A stretch of 64,000 nt of DNA from Azolla caroliniana (GCA_043228905.1 JBHGNT010000020.1:10478001-10542000), one strand, 5' to 3'. Positions 27,301-39,123 are shown, counted from the first letter of the stretch. Notes: a model not told the origin generated them from the sequence alone. A program made the numbers and translations.

Positions 27301-30300
27301 TTAGCCATCCAAAATTCACTAAGTTGTGGCTTACACAGCACATAAGAACAAATATGAGCTGTTAAAGATAATAATAAAAACTCCAGTCAATAAATCCAAT
27401 AACTCCCTGAAAAAAATAACAGGAAACACCATCACAATTCACAATACCACATAGATCTTACAGATAGATGGTCCTTGTATTACGCAGATGACTCTACTAC
27501 TGCCTTTAATGAATATGCTCATACAATTTTCCATTTTTGCTTCCTCGTTTACATTCAGAAATCACTAATAACTGGTAAAAAACTTAAGTATACCAATACA
27601 GATAGATGGTCCTTGTAGTACCCAGATGACTCTACTACTGCTTTTAACGAATATGTTCATACAATTTTCCATTTTTGCTTCCTCATTTACATTCAGAAAT
27701 CACTAATAACTGGTAAAAAACTTAAGTATACCAATACAGAGTCTCGCAGAGGAATTCTGGCATTTGGAGGTAGGTCATCAAAATCACGCTGAATCTGTCA
27801 TAGAAAATTTATACAGAAAAGAATAAACCAGATTATCACAAATGCAAATTTTATGTATAAGTGGGTGTCCGAAAGCATAATTTAATCCAAGAAACAGTAA
27901 CATACACTAAAAGTCATAATATGTATGCAAGGCAAAACCAAATAACATATTCAACTTCTATGTTAACCATAAAATGGCATGAGCACTTCTAGACCAGTAT
28001 ATGCAATTAACAGTTATAGAAATAATCGAAAACATGAAATGCACCTTTGTTCTCAATGTTTGAGAACAAAAATAAAGTACTTCAATACTGCTGCCAGGTT
28101 CGTGTAGAAGATTATCGGAGACCTGCAATGTATCAGTGCATCAATCATCAATAGGTAAGAGATCTGGAGAACATATACAAAGATTTATTGTTCATCAAAA
28201 AAAAATGAAACACCACAATGAATCTACAGTATTTTCAAAGTAGTTAACAGTGATATTATTTCCAATCACAAACTCTACATTATTTTTCAAAAAAACTTAA
28301 GATGAACAATTTTACAATACAATTATGCTCTAATCCAGAAGTTATTTATCATTTATGGGGAGGGGGAGATGGGATAAAGGAGAAATTGGTGACAAACGGA
28401 TATTTTTTTCCCTAGATTTATGCTTCAAGTGCTTTGGACACCCAATAGGAATTGTTCCTAAAAATGCAGATCCATGTTGCTCTCATGCAAGTGACACCCA
28501 TATGCCAAGAACTAATAGATAGTTTTCAATCAGTTTTCTAGGGTTTCTCATGATAAATTTACATATGAATGTTTGGAGTGGATCAGCTATCACATCAAAT
28601 GTATGGTGTTGGATACTTGATACAACTGTGACATGCATGATGCACATGTGATGTCATTTTTAGATAAAGAATAAGTATGTGGTGTTTTTATCCGGTTGGG
28701 AAAAACAAAAAATTTAAACAATACTAAATGATACTTGAAATAAAATTAAATGTGAAGTTTTTTCTTTTATAACTGCGGCCTAACAGTGACTATTTTAAAA
28801 ATGAGTCCAATGGTTTAGTTTATGGACACCATCATGCATTCTTTAGCCATAAATCCTTACTCTAAGGAAGTATGTTTCCCATCATCTCTTTTTGCATAAG
28901 ATTTTCCTTCCTCACATAAATACATTTGAGTTTTTCAAAAGAAATCGTTTTTTATATCAGATCAAATATTAGAATTTCTATTGGTATTTTACAATCTTTC
29001 AGAGCTACAGTTTATAAATCAGCATATTGCAAAATACAACAAATTCTAAAGTCTACAAATAAGTGGTCTTTGTATTTCAAGCAATCTCCATAATAACCAT
29101 GAAAGAGATCCTACATATCATCTTCTAGAATCCTACAAACCTCACACTGTGGGATGAATACCAAATGTTCCAATTTTGGTATGGGTTCAATGTTCTAAAT
29201 ATGATTAGCAGCATCTGGTGGCTATGGATTGGATGGAATGAAGTAGAGTATGCAAAATATGTAAGGATTAGTCCATTTGAGGAATACAGGTTCAGTGTCC
29301 CATTCTATGATTAACAGCACATTCTAAGTCCCAATTGAATGGATGAATGCCTAGAATGTCAAATATCTAAAAACTAGTCCATTTGATGAATGTTTGTTAT
29401 GCAACACAGGTTCGATACTAAAAAATATGTGATTAGCAGCGTATGATGAGTGAGAATTAGGAAGACAGCATGAATACCTAGTATGTCAAATATGCAAATA
29501 ATAGCTCATATAATGAGTACAATTCATCCTTGTGATGCAAAGCAGGCTCAAAGGTCCTATATGTGGATGGATGCAAATATATGAGAAGGGGTTGAATGGC
29601 ATGAATTCCTAGTATCATGTATGTCAAACATGCAGGGAATAGTCCACATGATGAATGCAATTTAGGCTTGCTATGAAAAGAGAGTTAAATCCAATGCTAC
29701 ATGTACTTTAGTGGTACAACATAGATGTGGATTCAATGGCATGAATAACTTGTTTTCTGAAGTCGTAAAGGATGCAGCATTAAGGAATATTCATTGTGAT
29801 CAATGCAATCTGTGATTGTTATGCAACATGTGTCCGTCTGCAGACCACATTCGACTGATTGAGACAAATGTGGATATCAAAGGTATCATTATGCCAATGC
29901 TTAAAACAAAAAGTGATGTGATAAATTCACATAGTGTGGTTATGAAGCATACCTCTGCTTAATAAATGGTAGACTTCCATGGCAATCATTGTCTTATGTC
30001 ACATGTACAGCTTCAGACTAACGGTCTAGTAGAATATCTCAGTACCTATCAGTTTATCTAAAATGCATTTTGTAAAAATATTTTGAGTCTTCTTATCAAC
30101 AGCTCAGTGAACTGAAGTGAACTGATGTCCATAGTACATTTCTCAGCAAACTGGAATGGGCAAAATGGTTTAAAGCACAAGATAATCACAACTTTCTCAT
30201 ACTTCCTGACACTTATACGCTTTCTGCTTCAGGATAGGAGCTCAACATTTCCTTGCTTGGTAAAGTAAAATGATTAAATTACTTTATACTTTGCAAATTT

Positions 30301-30693
30301 TCTCTCAAAAACTCAGTCTTGAGATGATAATCATTTCCTCCCTCATAATTCGTAGCATTTCCAGTTAGAGTGAAATGGAAAATTACTGAGCAAAATTTCA
30401 TCCTGACGACTCCACTTCGAGGTGATCATCACTTCCTTTGTCATATTTCCAAGTGGGAGTGGGGTAGGGAAGAGTAGGGGACTGAGGTGATCTTACCGTC
30501 CATGTCGGAAGAAGGAAAAGGAAGAGAGGGAGGGAGAGGAGAAAGGAGAAAGAAAGAAAAAAAGACTGACCTGCCATGCGTCGAGGCTGTGCTGGAAGCT
30601 CTGAAGCCATTGATTTGCAGCGTTCCGAGTGTCTGGAGAGGGATCGTGGTAGAGTGCTTGAAGGGCTTGCAGAAGGATGGATTGGGTCCCCAT
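6603..30693 (-). CDS. MOS14: Transportin-SR / transportin-3 (importin-beta family, MOS14 homologue); 28 exons, 988 aa
   Basis: All introns are GT-AG and phase-consistent (2967 nt of CDS). Exons: 30693-30571, 28122-28045, 27794-27732, 27273-27226, 27136-26990, 23951-23814, 23486-23446, 20206-20115, 20015-19888, 19236-19165, 19074-18999, 18865-18745, 17896-17797, 14827-14746, 14615-14533, 13872-13750, 13678-13627, 13422-13267, 13151-13025, 12725-12644, 12559-12465, 12392-12318, 12233-12179, 11228-11109, 7791-7699, 7614-7469, 7390-7213, 6875-6603. Motifs ALQALYHDP..AANQWLQSFQHSLDAWQ, FCSQTLRTKIQRDF, LLELLTVLPQE, PDIVDDCFLLASRCIRYCP and ELSDVCRRN. Confidence 0.95.
8228..10840 (-). mobile_element. 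5'-truncated LINE (RTEX/RTE-like, family A) in MOS14 intron 24; RT plus C-terminal CCHC finger, frameshifted
   Basis: ORF pieces QAGFRKG, CFVDFRKAF, GVKQGCPLSPTLFGLYI, LLYADD, YTYLG and RICQLCHQGVESEEHYVCHC; the 3' end runs into a (CTTT)n tail (AAAG repeats at about 8228-8247). Confidence 0.9.
15298..17148 (+). mobile_element. 5'-truncated LINE family A copy in MOS14 intron 13
   Basis: Near-identical reverse complement of about 8250-10100; GVKQGCPLSP, YADD and CCHC finger; ends ...aaaagacgttaatatatctttc. Confidence 0.9.
21230..23240 (-). mobile_element. Degraded, internally deleted LINE family A copy (endonuclease to RT remnants) in MOS14 intron 7
   Basis: Patchy similarity to 9330-10840 (e.g. 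ccatatagtttagccaagtaatggccaatcatgattgtcctatagttgct); endonuclease-like YMAICYFAP; many stops. Confidence 0.75.
24293..24410 (-). mobile_element. Very short 3'-end fragment of LINE family A with a (CTTT)n tail
   Basis: (AAAG)n-atattaacatcttttaagaggccaaaatggcctataagaccaaa matches 8228-8330. Confidence 0.85.
24425..26256 (+). mobile_element. Degraded LINE family A copy in MOS14 intron 5; endonuclease region fused to the 3' CCHC region, RT deleted
   Basis: GGASTVGY/TANHAYL endonuclease-like remnants; junction at about 25215 into sequence matching 16095-17148; ends atatatctttctttct. Confidence 0.8.
27463..27740. repeat. 138-bp tandem duplication including the MOS14 exon-3 donor site
   Basis: gatagatggtccttgta...cttaagtataccaataca occurs at 27463 and at 27601. 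Confidence 0.9.
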
Positions 30694-31049
30694 TCAAACA
30701 AATCCAAAAAACAGAAGGAAAGAAAGAAAAACAGAGGGAAGAAGAAGAAGAAGAAGAAGAGCGAATGGAATGTGCAGATTGGGAATCGAACGATGGACCT
30801 GAACGATGGAGTGAGTGTGAACTTGTAAATGGTTTATGTATATATTTTATTTATCATGTACTCATTTCTTTATTTTTACATACATATTTACTCTCTTATT
30901 TTTACCATTTTTCGTGTTCTCTGTAATGTATACATAATACATATACATATGCATGTACGAGTGGGCTTTGTGCTTTGTGAGAAGAAGAAGAAGAAGGCAT
31001 AAATAATATAGCATAAGCATGAAGAGACATAAACCCTTTTCTCTCTCTC

Positions 31050-31182
31050 TATCATATATATATACACTACATATATATATAATATACACATATATATACA
31101 CACACATATATATACACATATATATACACATATATATACACATACATATACACATATATACACATATATATACATACATATA
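31050..31182. repeat. Compound (TA/CA)n microsatellite upstream of MOS14
   Basis: Long run of tatatacacata-type units. Confidence 0.9.
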
Positions 31183-31289
31183 TGATTAGGCTTGATGAGG
31201 AAATTGCAGTCACGGACAGTGCAGGACACGCGTTTCAAATGGCACGTGCGATCTGCATCGTTCAATCTCTATCCACAAAAAATAAGCTA

Positions 31290-34283
31290 TGTCGAGCCTT
31301 TGTCATATCTAACCCGGCTCTAACAAGCCTCTATCACACCTAACCCGGCTTTGACAAGATTTTCTGTCACATCTCAACCTAATGCGAGTACATGAACCTA
31401 ACCTGGTTGAAATTTCTAAAGAGACCATTGTTAAAAAAAATTGCTATGATGGCCCAAAAAATATCAAAAATATTTGCAAAAAAACAAATTTTCATCACTT
31501 TACATATAAAAGCTCACCAAAACTTTCGTCCAACACTGAATTTAAACAAAATGTCAACAATTTTAGCCACCAATTGGGCTATACATGTTCAGATATCAAA
31601 ATCTCTGAGTTGTACATATACAAACTCTAGACACTACAAACCTAAAAAATCACATGATATAATGTAGTAAAAAACTCAAAGATCCAGGCTCTTGTTCAGA
31701 GGATGGCAAGATACACCCACAATTTGCATTAAACTCTCTTGAAGTCAATGTCAAACTATCACAATGCACGCACCAAACCTTCTCATTCTCACACATTGGC
31801 AACCGCCTCTTAGCACGACAAAGCACCTCTTTGCAGTCTGTTGGTGTGTGTTTTGGTCATGTTTGGGTAGTCGCCAATAAGTTATTGTGAAATGTTGGGT
31901 GTGGCTCCTCTTTTCGCACCAATTTGTTGATTCTGACTTATTGAATCTCCTGATGCCATATTGGTTGTTGTCAGTGCACCCATAGATAAGCGTAACTCCT
32001 TTCGAAAATCTACCATGAGTTGCCAACAACACTCAACAACCGCATTGTTCATTGCCCCTAACCCATGCTCAAACCGTTGAAGTGCTTCCATAGTTTGATG
32101 TGCTTCTAACTTCATTTCTTCCCTTTCGTCAACTTCTACCTTCATCTCGACTTCTGTTTCCTATGTCGGCTCTAGATCTGTATCCATTGTGGCATCATCC
32201 ATTCACACTTGGGCTGCATGATCTATAAATGGTAATGATCCACATAGTGATGGCATATGGCTCTCAATGATCATCTGAATGGCAAGCAAATGCTTACATT
32301 TACTTGCAAAGTCTTGGCAATCATAATATGAACATTGGAGTGAGACATTGTACCATACATTAGGAGTGGTCATGCTCAATATTCGAGACCAATATCGGGC
32401 CTCGTCCACAATATGCACCAAGTTGTTATCAGTCACATATCTTTCTAGTATCCTCTTAGCCTCGTTAAGTCTTGACCTTTGATGCTTACAATTTGCATGG
32501 GCTTGGAATCTACCACTCTCACATATCTCTTGATAATGAGAGCAATATCATCCCAATATCATAATGTGGATCAATATGATGGATGTGGTGATTCAATTCA
32601 TGCGGTTCTAGTAGCTATGGTAGAGTTAATTACTTGTGTATTTACAACATAATTGTCTGATGGAGGTGGTCGTTTTGTGAACGTTGAAACAGAATCATTG
32701 CATGTAGTTGGATTGAAACTGGCCCCGGGTTAGGTGAATCATTACATTAAACTGATCCCAAGTTAGGTGCAAACATATACGTTTTTCTTGGGCTAGGTGA
32801 GACAAATATTACTTTCTTGAGTTAGGTGACAATATACAATAGATCATCCAAATTTATCAACATCAATATATAATCTTGTTGCACTATTATTAACATATTT
32901 TTGTTTGCACAATTATGATTTAATATTGAAAGAAGAAACCCGTCTAAATGAATGTTTATGGCGTAATATGCACGAAAGAAAAAGCTACAATATGTACAAG
33001 AATTTATAAAAAAACTGTTGGTTTGTATGTGTAAAATACAATATATTGTGGGTGAAATTACATACCAGAAATTTACAATACCTACAAGGCAATTACAAGC
33101 CCAAAATGGCAAAGTAGTCGACTTTAATACCGATAGTCAAAATAACTTTGTTTAAACGCCTGATATGGCATTGACAAAAGAACTAATATTACAATACTAA
33201 GATACAAGTGTGGCTATTACAAGTAACCCAATAACAAAACAGAGGGGTAAAAAAATAGAATGTGCCCAATATAGGATGGCAAAAAACAGAATGAGGTTAC
33301 AAGTTCAGAGACCCAAAACACGTCATGCCACATAGCGATCATAAAGCGTATGAGGTAGACGTCATCATCACTGTACCCTTGCTCAGACCCCTGTCAAATA
33401 AGTTTTATAAGAACCAACAATCGAGGATGATTATACAAAAACTGAAATAATAAGATATTTCCAAAGTTTGGATATCTGAGGCCGTGTACGAACTCTTCCA
33501 CAAACGTATGAATCGTCTGCATTACATAATATCCGCAATCTGTCCCGTTGGGCTGAGTCGGGATGTGGATTTCAGTATGTCAGTTCTCAAGTATGATGTG
33601 ATGTTCTGCGATGGTGCTTGTGACTTTGGTTATACCCATCTTTAAATGTGGGTTTTTATCCTCCTTCATACATAACCTTGGTACCATTGCTGAACATAGA
33701 ACACATTCATTAGAACCTTTGATGACTATCACATTTTTTATAAATGAATCTGAATAGTACCTCTCCTCGTTGGGTTTTCTTTCACCCCAATCTCCATCCA
33801 TGTCAATGAATTGTAAGGACCAAGCAACCATCTATGGAAACTGGTTCAAAAATATCTACTCATAAATTATTCGCCATCACTTTTAACACTTCAAAAATTT
33901 ACCTACAAGGCCGCAAATTGGTTTGGAGGACATTAAACTTTTGCTAGAAATGAACAAATATTTATGTATCGTGATTCTTTCTACCTTTACATCAATCAGG
34001 CAATGTTATACATTTTTTTCTACCTTTGCGTCAAAAGAGAACCTTTCATAGGGAAGATGGATTAAACATAGAAGAACAACAAATTATGGAGATTTGAAGA
34101 TGATGAACATAGAGAAGGAGACGGAGAAGGAGAAGGGGAAGAAGAAGAAGAAGAAGCGTCAGAATTTCCACCAATAGACAAAGCATTAAATTTTAGGTTT
34201 ATAACAATCCATCGTTGACATAAATGCAAACACAACATATTGATTGATCTTTCATGCATAAACAACATATTGATAAAAATGAA
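31290..34283 (-). mobile_element. Degraded Mutator-like (MULE) derivative with SWIM and Ulp1-protease remnants; continues at 39908-40200 beyond the Copia insertion
   Basis: SWIM-like CSYYDCQDFASKCKHLLAI (ORF 32436-32203); C48-peptidase motif QPNGTDCGYYV at 33555-33523; terminal gagcct.tgtcacacc.aaccc motif at about 31293 and inverted at about 40170-40192; ACCTAACC repeats. Confidence 0.6.
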
Positions 34284-34761
34284 GTTGTTGTTGTAAACAC
34301 TTGAGCTCGGCCACAACCGAGGAATAGGATCAACTCACAGAAAACAGGAAATACAAAATACACGAAGACAACAGAGAGAAAGGTACACAGGATGTTTTAC
34401 GTGGAAAACCCTAAATGGGAAAAACCACGGGAGTCCTCAAACTCCAACTATCACTATAAACAGAGATGTACAATGGTGAAGCTACAAGGCAGCAACCTTG
34501 AGCTCACTGTCTTCGCCACAGGCGGCGGCAATACATAGAGGCGTCGACCTCTTCCTTTCTCTCTCTTTCTCTCTCGGCTGCTCTCACTTCGCTCCCTCGG
34601 CTGAAAACATAAAATGAGCAACAACGTTTAAACTGTTTGCCCTAAGTCATATTTATACACATATGACTTTCGGGCTATTTACAAATATAGCCTCAAGGGC
34701 CCTTGGCAAACATATTCACAAATATGTCCCCGCATCCGGATCTCTCTCCGGGTACATTCGT

Positions 34762-34976
34762 CATCCGGCTCCGTAACCGGGGTCTTCAGCATCCGGCTCC
34801 GTAACCGGGGTCTTCATCATCCGGCTCCGTAACCGGGGTCTTCAGCATCCGGCTCCGTAGCCGGGGTCTTCATCATCCGGCTCCGTAACCGGGGTCTTCA
34901 GCATCCGGCTCCGTAGCCGGGGTCTTCATCATCCGGCTCCGTAACCGGGGTCTTCATCATCCGGCTCCGTAACCGC
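34762..34976. repeat. 28-bp tandem array (about 7.7 units) inside the Copia LTR U3; the same array is in the other LTR at about 39628-39842
   Basis: catccggctccgtaaccggggtcttca[g/t] repeated. Confidence 0.95.
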
Positions 34977-35046
34977 AACCGGGCTTGCCGTCCTTCATCT
35001 CCGGACATCCCATCCGGAGGGACCGAAATCCCAACAAACTCCCCCT

Positions 35047-38000
35047 TCACTTCGGCATGGGATGTCTCTCCAATCCGATCCTCTTCCGGCATGCTTCCAG
35101 CTTGTCGGGTATGAGCACTTTGGTCAGCATATCTGAGCCGTTCTCGTCCGTGTGGATCTTCGTCAGCACGAACTCCTGGTCTTCTATCCTTTCCCGGATC
35201 CAGTGGTATCTACGCTGGATGTGCTTCGTCCGGGAGTGATAGGCCGCGTTCTTCGCAAGGTGGATGGCACTCTGACTGTCGCAGTAGAGTCGGTACTCCT
35301 CCTGCTGGATACCGAGCTCTCTAATGAAGTCCTTCATCCATATTATTTCCTTGCCGGCTTCAACAGCCGCCATGTACTCCGCCTCCGTGGTTGACAACGC
35401 GACCGTCTTCTGCAGCCTCGACTGCCACGAAACAGCTCCCCCTGCATACGTCATCACATACCCTGATGTGGACCGGCTGGTATCTGCATCAGCCGACATA
35501 TCCGAATCGGTAAAGCCGTCGAGTTCGGGCTTACCGGAGCCGAATCGGAGGCACACGTTTGTCGTGCCCTTCAGGTATCGGAGTATCCACTTGACCGCGT
35601 TCCAATGCTCTTTGCCAGGGTTGCTCATGTACCGGCTCACCACTCCGACTGCATATCCTATGTCCGGTCTCGTACACACCATGGCGTACATCAAGCTCCC
35701 GACGGCTGAGGCATATGGCACTTTCATCATATCCTCCTTTTCAGCCTTTGTCTTGGGACTTTGCTTGTTGGACAGCTTGCAGTTTGCCGGGAGGGTCGAT
35801 CCGACCGGTCTTGCTTCCGACATGTTGAACCGTTTAAGCACCTTTGTCACGTACTTCTCCTGTGACAGCCACAACTGCTTCTTTCTCCGGTCTCGGATGA
35901 TGTGCATCCCTAGTATTTGCCTCGCCGGACCCAGGTCCTTCATTGAGAAGGTTCGGTGAAGAGCCTTCTTCAGCATCCGTATCTTGACCTGGTCCCGTCC
36001 GACGATCAACATGTCGTCCACGTACAGGAGGAGTATTAGAAAGTCTCCTCCTTCGAACTTCTTCACAAACACGCAGTGATCGGACTGCGTTTTGTGGTAC
36101 CCTTCGTCGGTCATGAAGGAGTCGAACTTCCGGTACCATTGCGGGGGAGCCTGCTTCAGTCCGTAAAGGCTCTTCTTCAACCGGCATACCAGGTGCTCCT
36201 TCCCTTTCTTCTCGAATCCTTCCGGTTGCTGCATGTAGATCTCTTCTTCGAGGTCACCGTGAAGGAATGCCGTCTTCACGTCCATCTGTTCTACCTCGAG
36301 GTCCATGCTTGCCGCTATGCTCAGCACCGTCCGGATGGAGGTCATCTTCACTACCGGGGCAAATATCTCGTCGAAGTCGACGCCCTTCTTCTGCTGGAAC
36401 CCCTTCACCACGATCCTGGCTTTGTATCTCGGGGGGTTTCCGGCATCTCCCGGTTTCAGCTTGAACACCCACTTGTTTCGAAGTGCCCGCTTTCCTTTCG
36501 GCAACTCCACAAGTTCATATGTGTGGTTCTCATGCAGGGAATCCATCTCCTCCTGCATGGCAATTAACCACCTGCGGCTATGGGTGTCAAGCTTTGCTTC
36601 TTCAAAACTCTCCGGCTCCCCCTCGTCGGTTAGCAGCACGTGCTCTGGTTCCGGAAATCTCCGGGGGGCCCTTCTCTCTCTTAGAGGGTATCTCCGTTCC
36701 GGAGCTTCGGTAACCGGCTGCTCCGTTTCCTCTTCATCCGAATCCATTTCGGGATCGGGGCCGGTTCCGGTATCAGTTTCATCTTCCTCGGCCGGTTCTG
36801 TTTCTTCACCGTCTTCGGCCGGATCCTCGAGTGCTAACCGGTCCCTTGCCGGTCGGGACTGCTCCTCGTAGAGTTTATCCTCACCGGTCGACTTGGAGCT
36901 CTTCATCTTCTTCTCCGACTCCCAGTCGACGAGTGTCTTGTCCTCCATGAAGATGATATCTCGACTCCTGAATATCTTCTTGTCGACCGGGTCCCATACT
37001 CGGTAGCCGAACTCGTCGTCGCCGTAACCGAGGAATATGCATGGCCGGGTCTTTGGATCTAACTTTCCTCTCCGGTCCTTTGCCACATGCACGTATGCGA
37101 GACACCCGAACACCTTCAGATGCCGGTAGGACACTTCCTTACCGGTCCACACTTTCTGCGGCGTGTCTCCGTCCAAAGGTACTGAGGGTGATCTATTTAT
37201 CACATACGTCGCCGTCGACATTGCCTCAGCCCAAAATCCCTTGGGTAATTTCGCATGTGCTAGCATACTCCGGACCCTCTCCATTATGGTCCGGTTCATC
37301 CTCTCGGCCAGCCCGTTCAGTTTCGGCGTCTTCGGCACGGTAAACTCGAGCCGGATTCCCTTCGAGCGACAGTACTCCTGGAACTGCCCCCGGTATTCCC
37401 CTCCGTTATCCGCTCGTATCGCTTTCAGCTTCTTGCCGGATTCCCTTTCCACTCTCGTGTGGAGTTCTTTGAAGACGCACAACACTTGGTCCTTTGTCTT
37501 CAACGGTGCCGTCCACAGCTTCCGGCTGTGGTCATCAATGAATGTCACGAAGTACTGGGCTCCGCCATGTGACTTCGTTTCTACTTGACACACGTCAATG
37601 TGCACCAGCTCCAATGGTGCGCTACGTCTCGTCGGTGGCCTTGAGTGGAAGGAGGTCCGGTTTTGCTTACCGGCCAGGCAGTCGGTGCACTTCTCCAGGT
37701 GCACATGCTTCACTGGAATAAGGTTGTCTTCTGCAAGCCTCTTCATCCCCTTCTCACTCATGTGACACAGTCTCTTGTGCCACAGCTCACCGGCAGTGTC
37801 GGCTGCCACGTTCAGCTCCTCCGGACATAGCCGGGAATTCATCAGGTACAGTGTGTTGACCTTCCGGGCCTGAGCCACAATCAGGCTCCCTTTGCTGAAC
37901 TTCATGACACCGTTCCGGATGCTGCCCGTGTAGCCTTCATCGTCTAGCCTCCCGGCCGAAATCAGGTTCAATCGGACCTCCGGAACGTGTCGAACATCCT

Positions 38001-39123
38001 TCAGCAGCATCTTGCATCCGGTTGATGTCATCAGCCACACGTCTCCTATGCCGGCAATCCGACATGTGCCTTCATTTCCCATCCGGACACAGCCGTGCTC
38101 ACCGGCTGTGTAGGATGAGAAGTATTTCTTCTCCGGGGTCAGGTGGAACGACGCTCCGGAATCGACCACCCAGGTCATCTCTACACCGGCAAGGTTCAGC
38201 TCCCTCTCTTCGGTAATGAGCATGATTTCTTCCTCACTTGTTGCCGCGAGTGCCGTCGTTCCTTTCCGGTCCTGCCCTCGCCGATCCGGACCTCTCCGGT
38301 CCGTGGCTCCCCGGTATGCACCGTTTCTCTCCGGTGACTTCTTCGAATCGGTGTCGTCGGCTCCGTTGTCCTTTCGGTAATGCCGACAATTCTTCCGGAA
38401 GTGCCCCGGCTTCCCACAGTGGAAGCATGTGGGTCTTCCTCTTGACTGCGACCGGGTCCCCGACTTCTCCCGTCTTTGCGGACTCCGGTTCCATTGTCTT
38501 CCCCGTTCCGATTCGGTAAGCAGCGCCTTCGAGTCGGAGGCCGGTTCTTTATCTCTCCGACGCGCTTCTTCGTTCAAAATACTTGTCTTTACCGTTTGTA
38601 GAGACAAGTTATCTTCGGTGCAGGAGGTGCTGAGAGTCACCACCAAGTTCTCCCAGCTTTCCGGCAATGTACACATCAGAATGATGGCTTGCATTGCATC
38701 CTCCAACGGGAACTTGATCACCGCAAGCTGGTTCACGAATCCCATGAACGTGCTTACGTGTTCCACCATACTCTCGCCGTCCCGGTACTTGAGGTTCACT
38801 ATCTTCCTCATCAGGGAGGTCCGGTTCAACGCATTCTTCCTCTCGTAGAGGCCCGACAGCTTCCGCCACATCTCATTTGCGTTGATGTCGTTCGCCACAT
38901 GTTGTAGAACGCTCACGTCTACGTATTGCCGAATGGTTGCAACGGCTTTCCGGTTCAGAAGCCTCCATTCCGACTCAAGTACTCCCTTCGGTATTTCCGA
39001 CCTGTCAATCGGTTCGTACAGGTCCCGAACAATTAGAAGATCCTCCATCTTGATCTTCCAGTCGGCGTAATTCTGCGAGTTCAACACCATCATGCCCGGA
39101 GGCCCACTACCGCCGCCTTCCAT
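35047..39123 (-). CDS. Copia gag-pol polyprotein (GAG, CCHC knuckle, protease, GAG-pre-integrase, integrase, RT, RNase H); uninterrupted, 1358 aa
   Basis: CFHCGKPGHFRKNC, WVVDSGASFH, LWHKRLCH, IRADNGGEY, QMDVKTAFLHG, LLYVDD, ALSTTEAEY, DMLTK. Confidence 0.95.
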   Translation of the reverse strand: MEGGGSGPPGMMVLNSQNYADWKIKMEDLLIVRDLYEPIDRSEIPKGVLESEWRLLNRKAVATIRQYVDVSVLQHVANDINANEMWRKLSGLYERKNALNRTSLMRKIVNLKYRDGESMVEHVSTFMGFVNQLAVIKFPLEDAMQAIILMCTLPESWENLVVTLSTSCTEDNLSLQTVKTSILNEEARRRDKEPASDSKALLTESERGRQWNRSPQRREKSGTRSQSRGRPTCFHCGKPGHFRKNCRHYRKDNGADDTDSKKSPERNGAYRGATDRRGPDRRGQDRKGTTALAATSEEEIMLITEERELNLAGVEMTWVVDSGASFHLTPEKKYFSSYTAGEHGCVRMGNEGTCRIAGIGDVWLMTSTGCKMLLKDVRHVPEVRLNLISAGRLDDEGYTGSIRNGVMKFSKGSLIVAQARKVNTLYLMNSRLCPEELNVAADTAGELWHKRLCHMSEKGMKRLAEDNLIPVKHVHLEKCTDCLAGKQNRTSFHSRPPTRRSAPLELVHIDVCQVETKSHGGAQYFVTFIDDHSRKLWTAPLKTKDQVLCVFKELHTRVERESGKKLKAIRADNGGEYRGQFQEYCRSKGIRLEFTVPKTPKLNGLAERMNRTIMERVRSMLAHAKLPKGFWAEAMSTATYVINRSPSVPLDGDTPQKVWTGKEVSYRHLKVFGCLAYVHVAKDRRGKLDPKTRPCIFLGYGDDEFGYRVWDPVDKKIFRSRDIIFMEDKTLVDWESEKKMKSSKSTGEDKLYEEQSRPARDRLALEDPAEDGEETEPAEEDETDTGTGPDPEMDSDEEETEQPVTEAPERRYPLRERRAPRRFPEPEHVLLTDEGEPESFEEAKLDTHSRRWLIAMQEEMDSLHENHTYELVELPKGKRALRNKWVFKLKPGDAGNPPRYKARIVVKGFQQKKGVDFDEIFAPVVKMTSIRTVLSIAASMDLEVEQMDVKTAFLHGDLEEEIYMQQPEGFEKKGKEHLVCRLKKSLYGLKQAPPQWYRKFDSFMTDEGYHKTQSDHCVFVKKFEGGDFLILLLYVDDMLIVGRDQVKIRMLKKALHRTFSMKDLGPARQILGMHIIRDRRKKQLWLSQEKYVTKVLKRFNMSEARPVGSTLPANCKLSNKQSPKTKAEKEDMMKVPYASAVGSLMYAMVCTRPDIGYAVGVVSRYMSNPGKEHWNAVKWILRYLKGTTNVCLRFGSGKPELDGFTDSDMSADADTSRSTSGYVMTYAGGAVSWQSRLQKTVALSTTEAEYMAAVEAGKEIIWMKDFIRELGIQQEEYRLYCDSQSAIHLAKNAAYHSRTKHIQRRYHWIRERIEDQEFVLTKIHTDENGSDMLTKVLIPDKLEACRKRIGLERHPMPK

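Noticed and set aside
30862-31265. ORFs rich in Y/I/C/V/M
   Set aside because: Translations of the TA/CA microsatellite.
34762-34976. CRISPR-like regular 28-bp repeats
   Set aside because: The units are contiguous with no unique spacers, lie inside an LTR in a eukaryote, and there are no cas genes.
35152-39070. Many overlapping antisense and alternative-frame ORFs in the Copia elements
   Set aside because: Expected shadows of a GC-rich coding strand; shared between the copies only because the DNA is near-identical.
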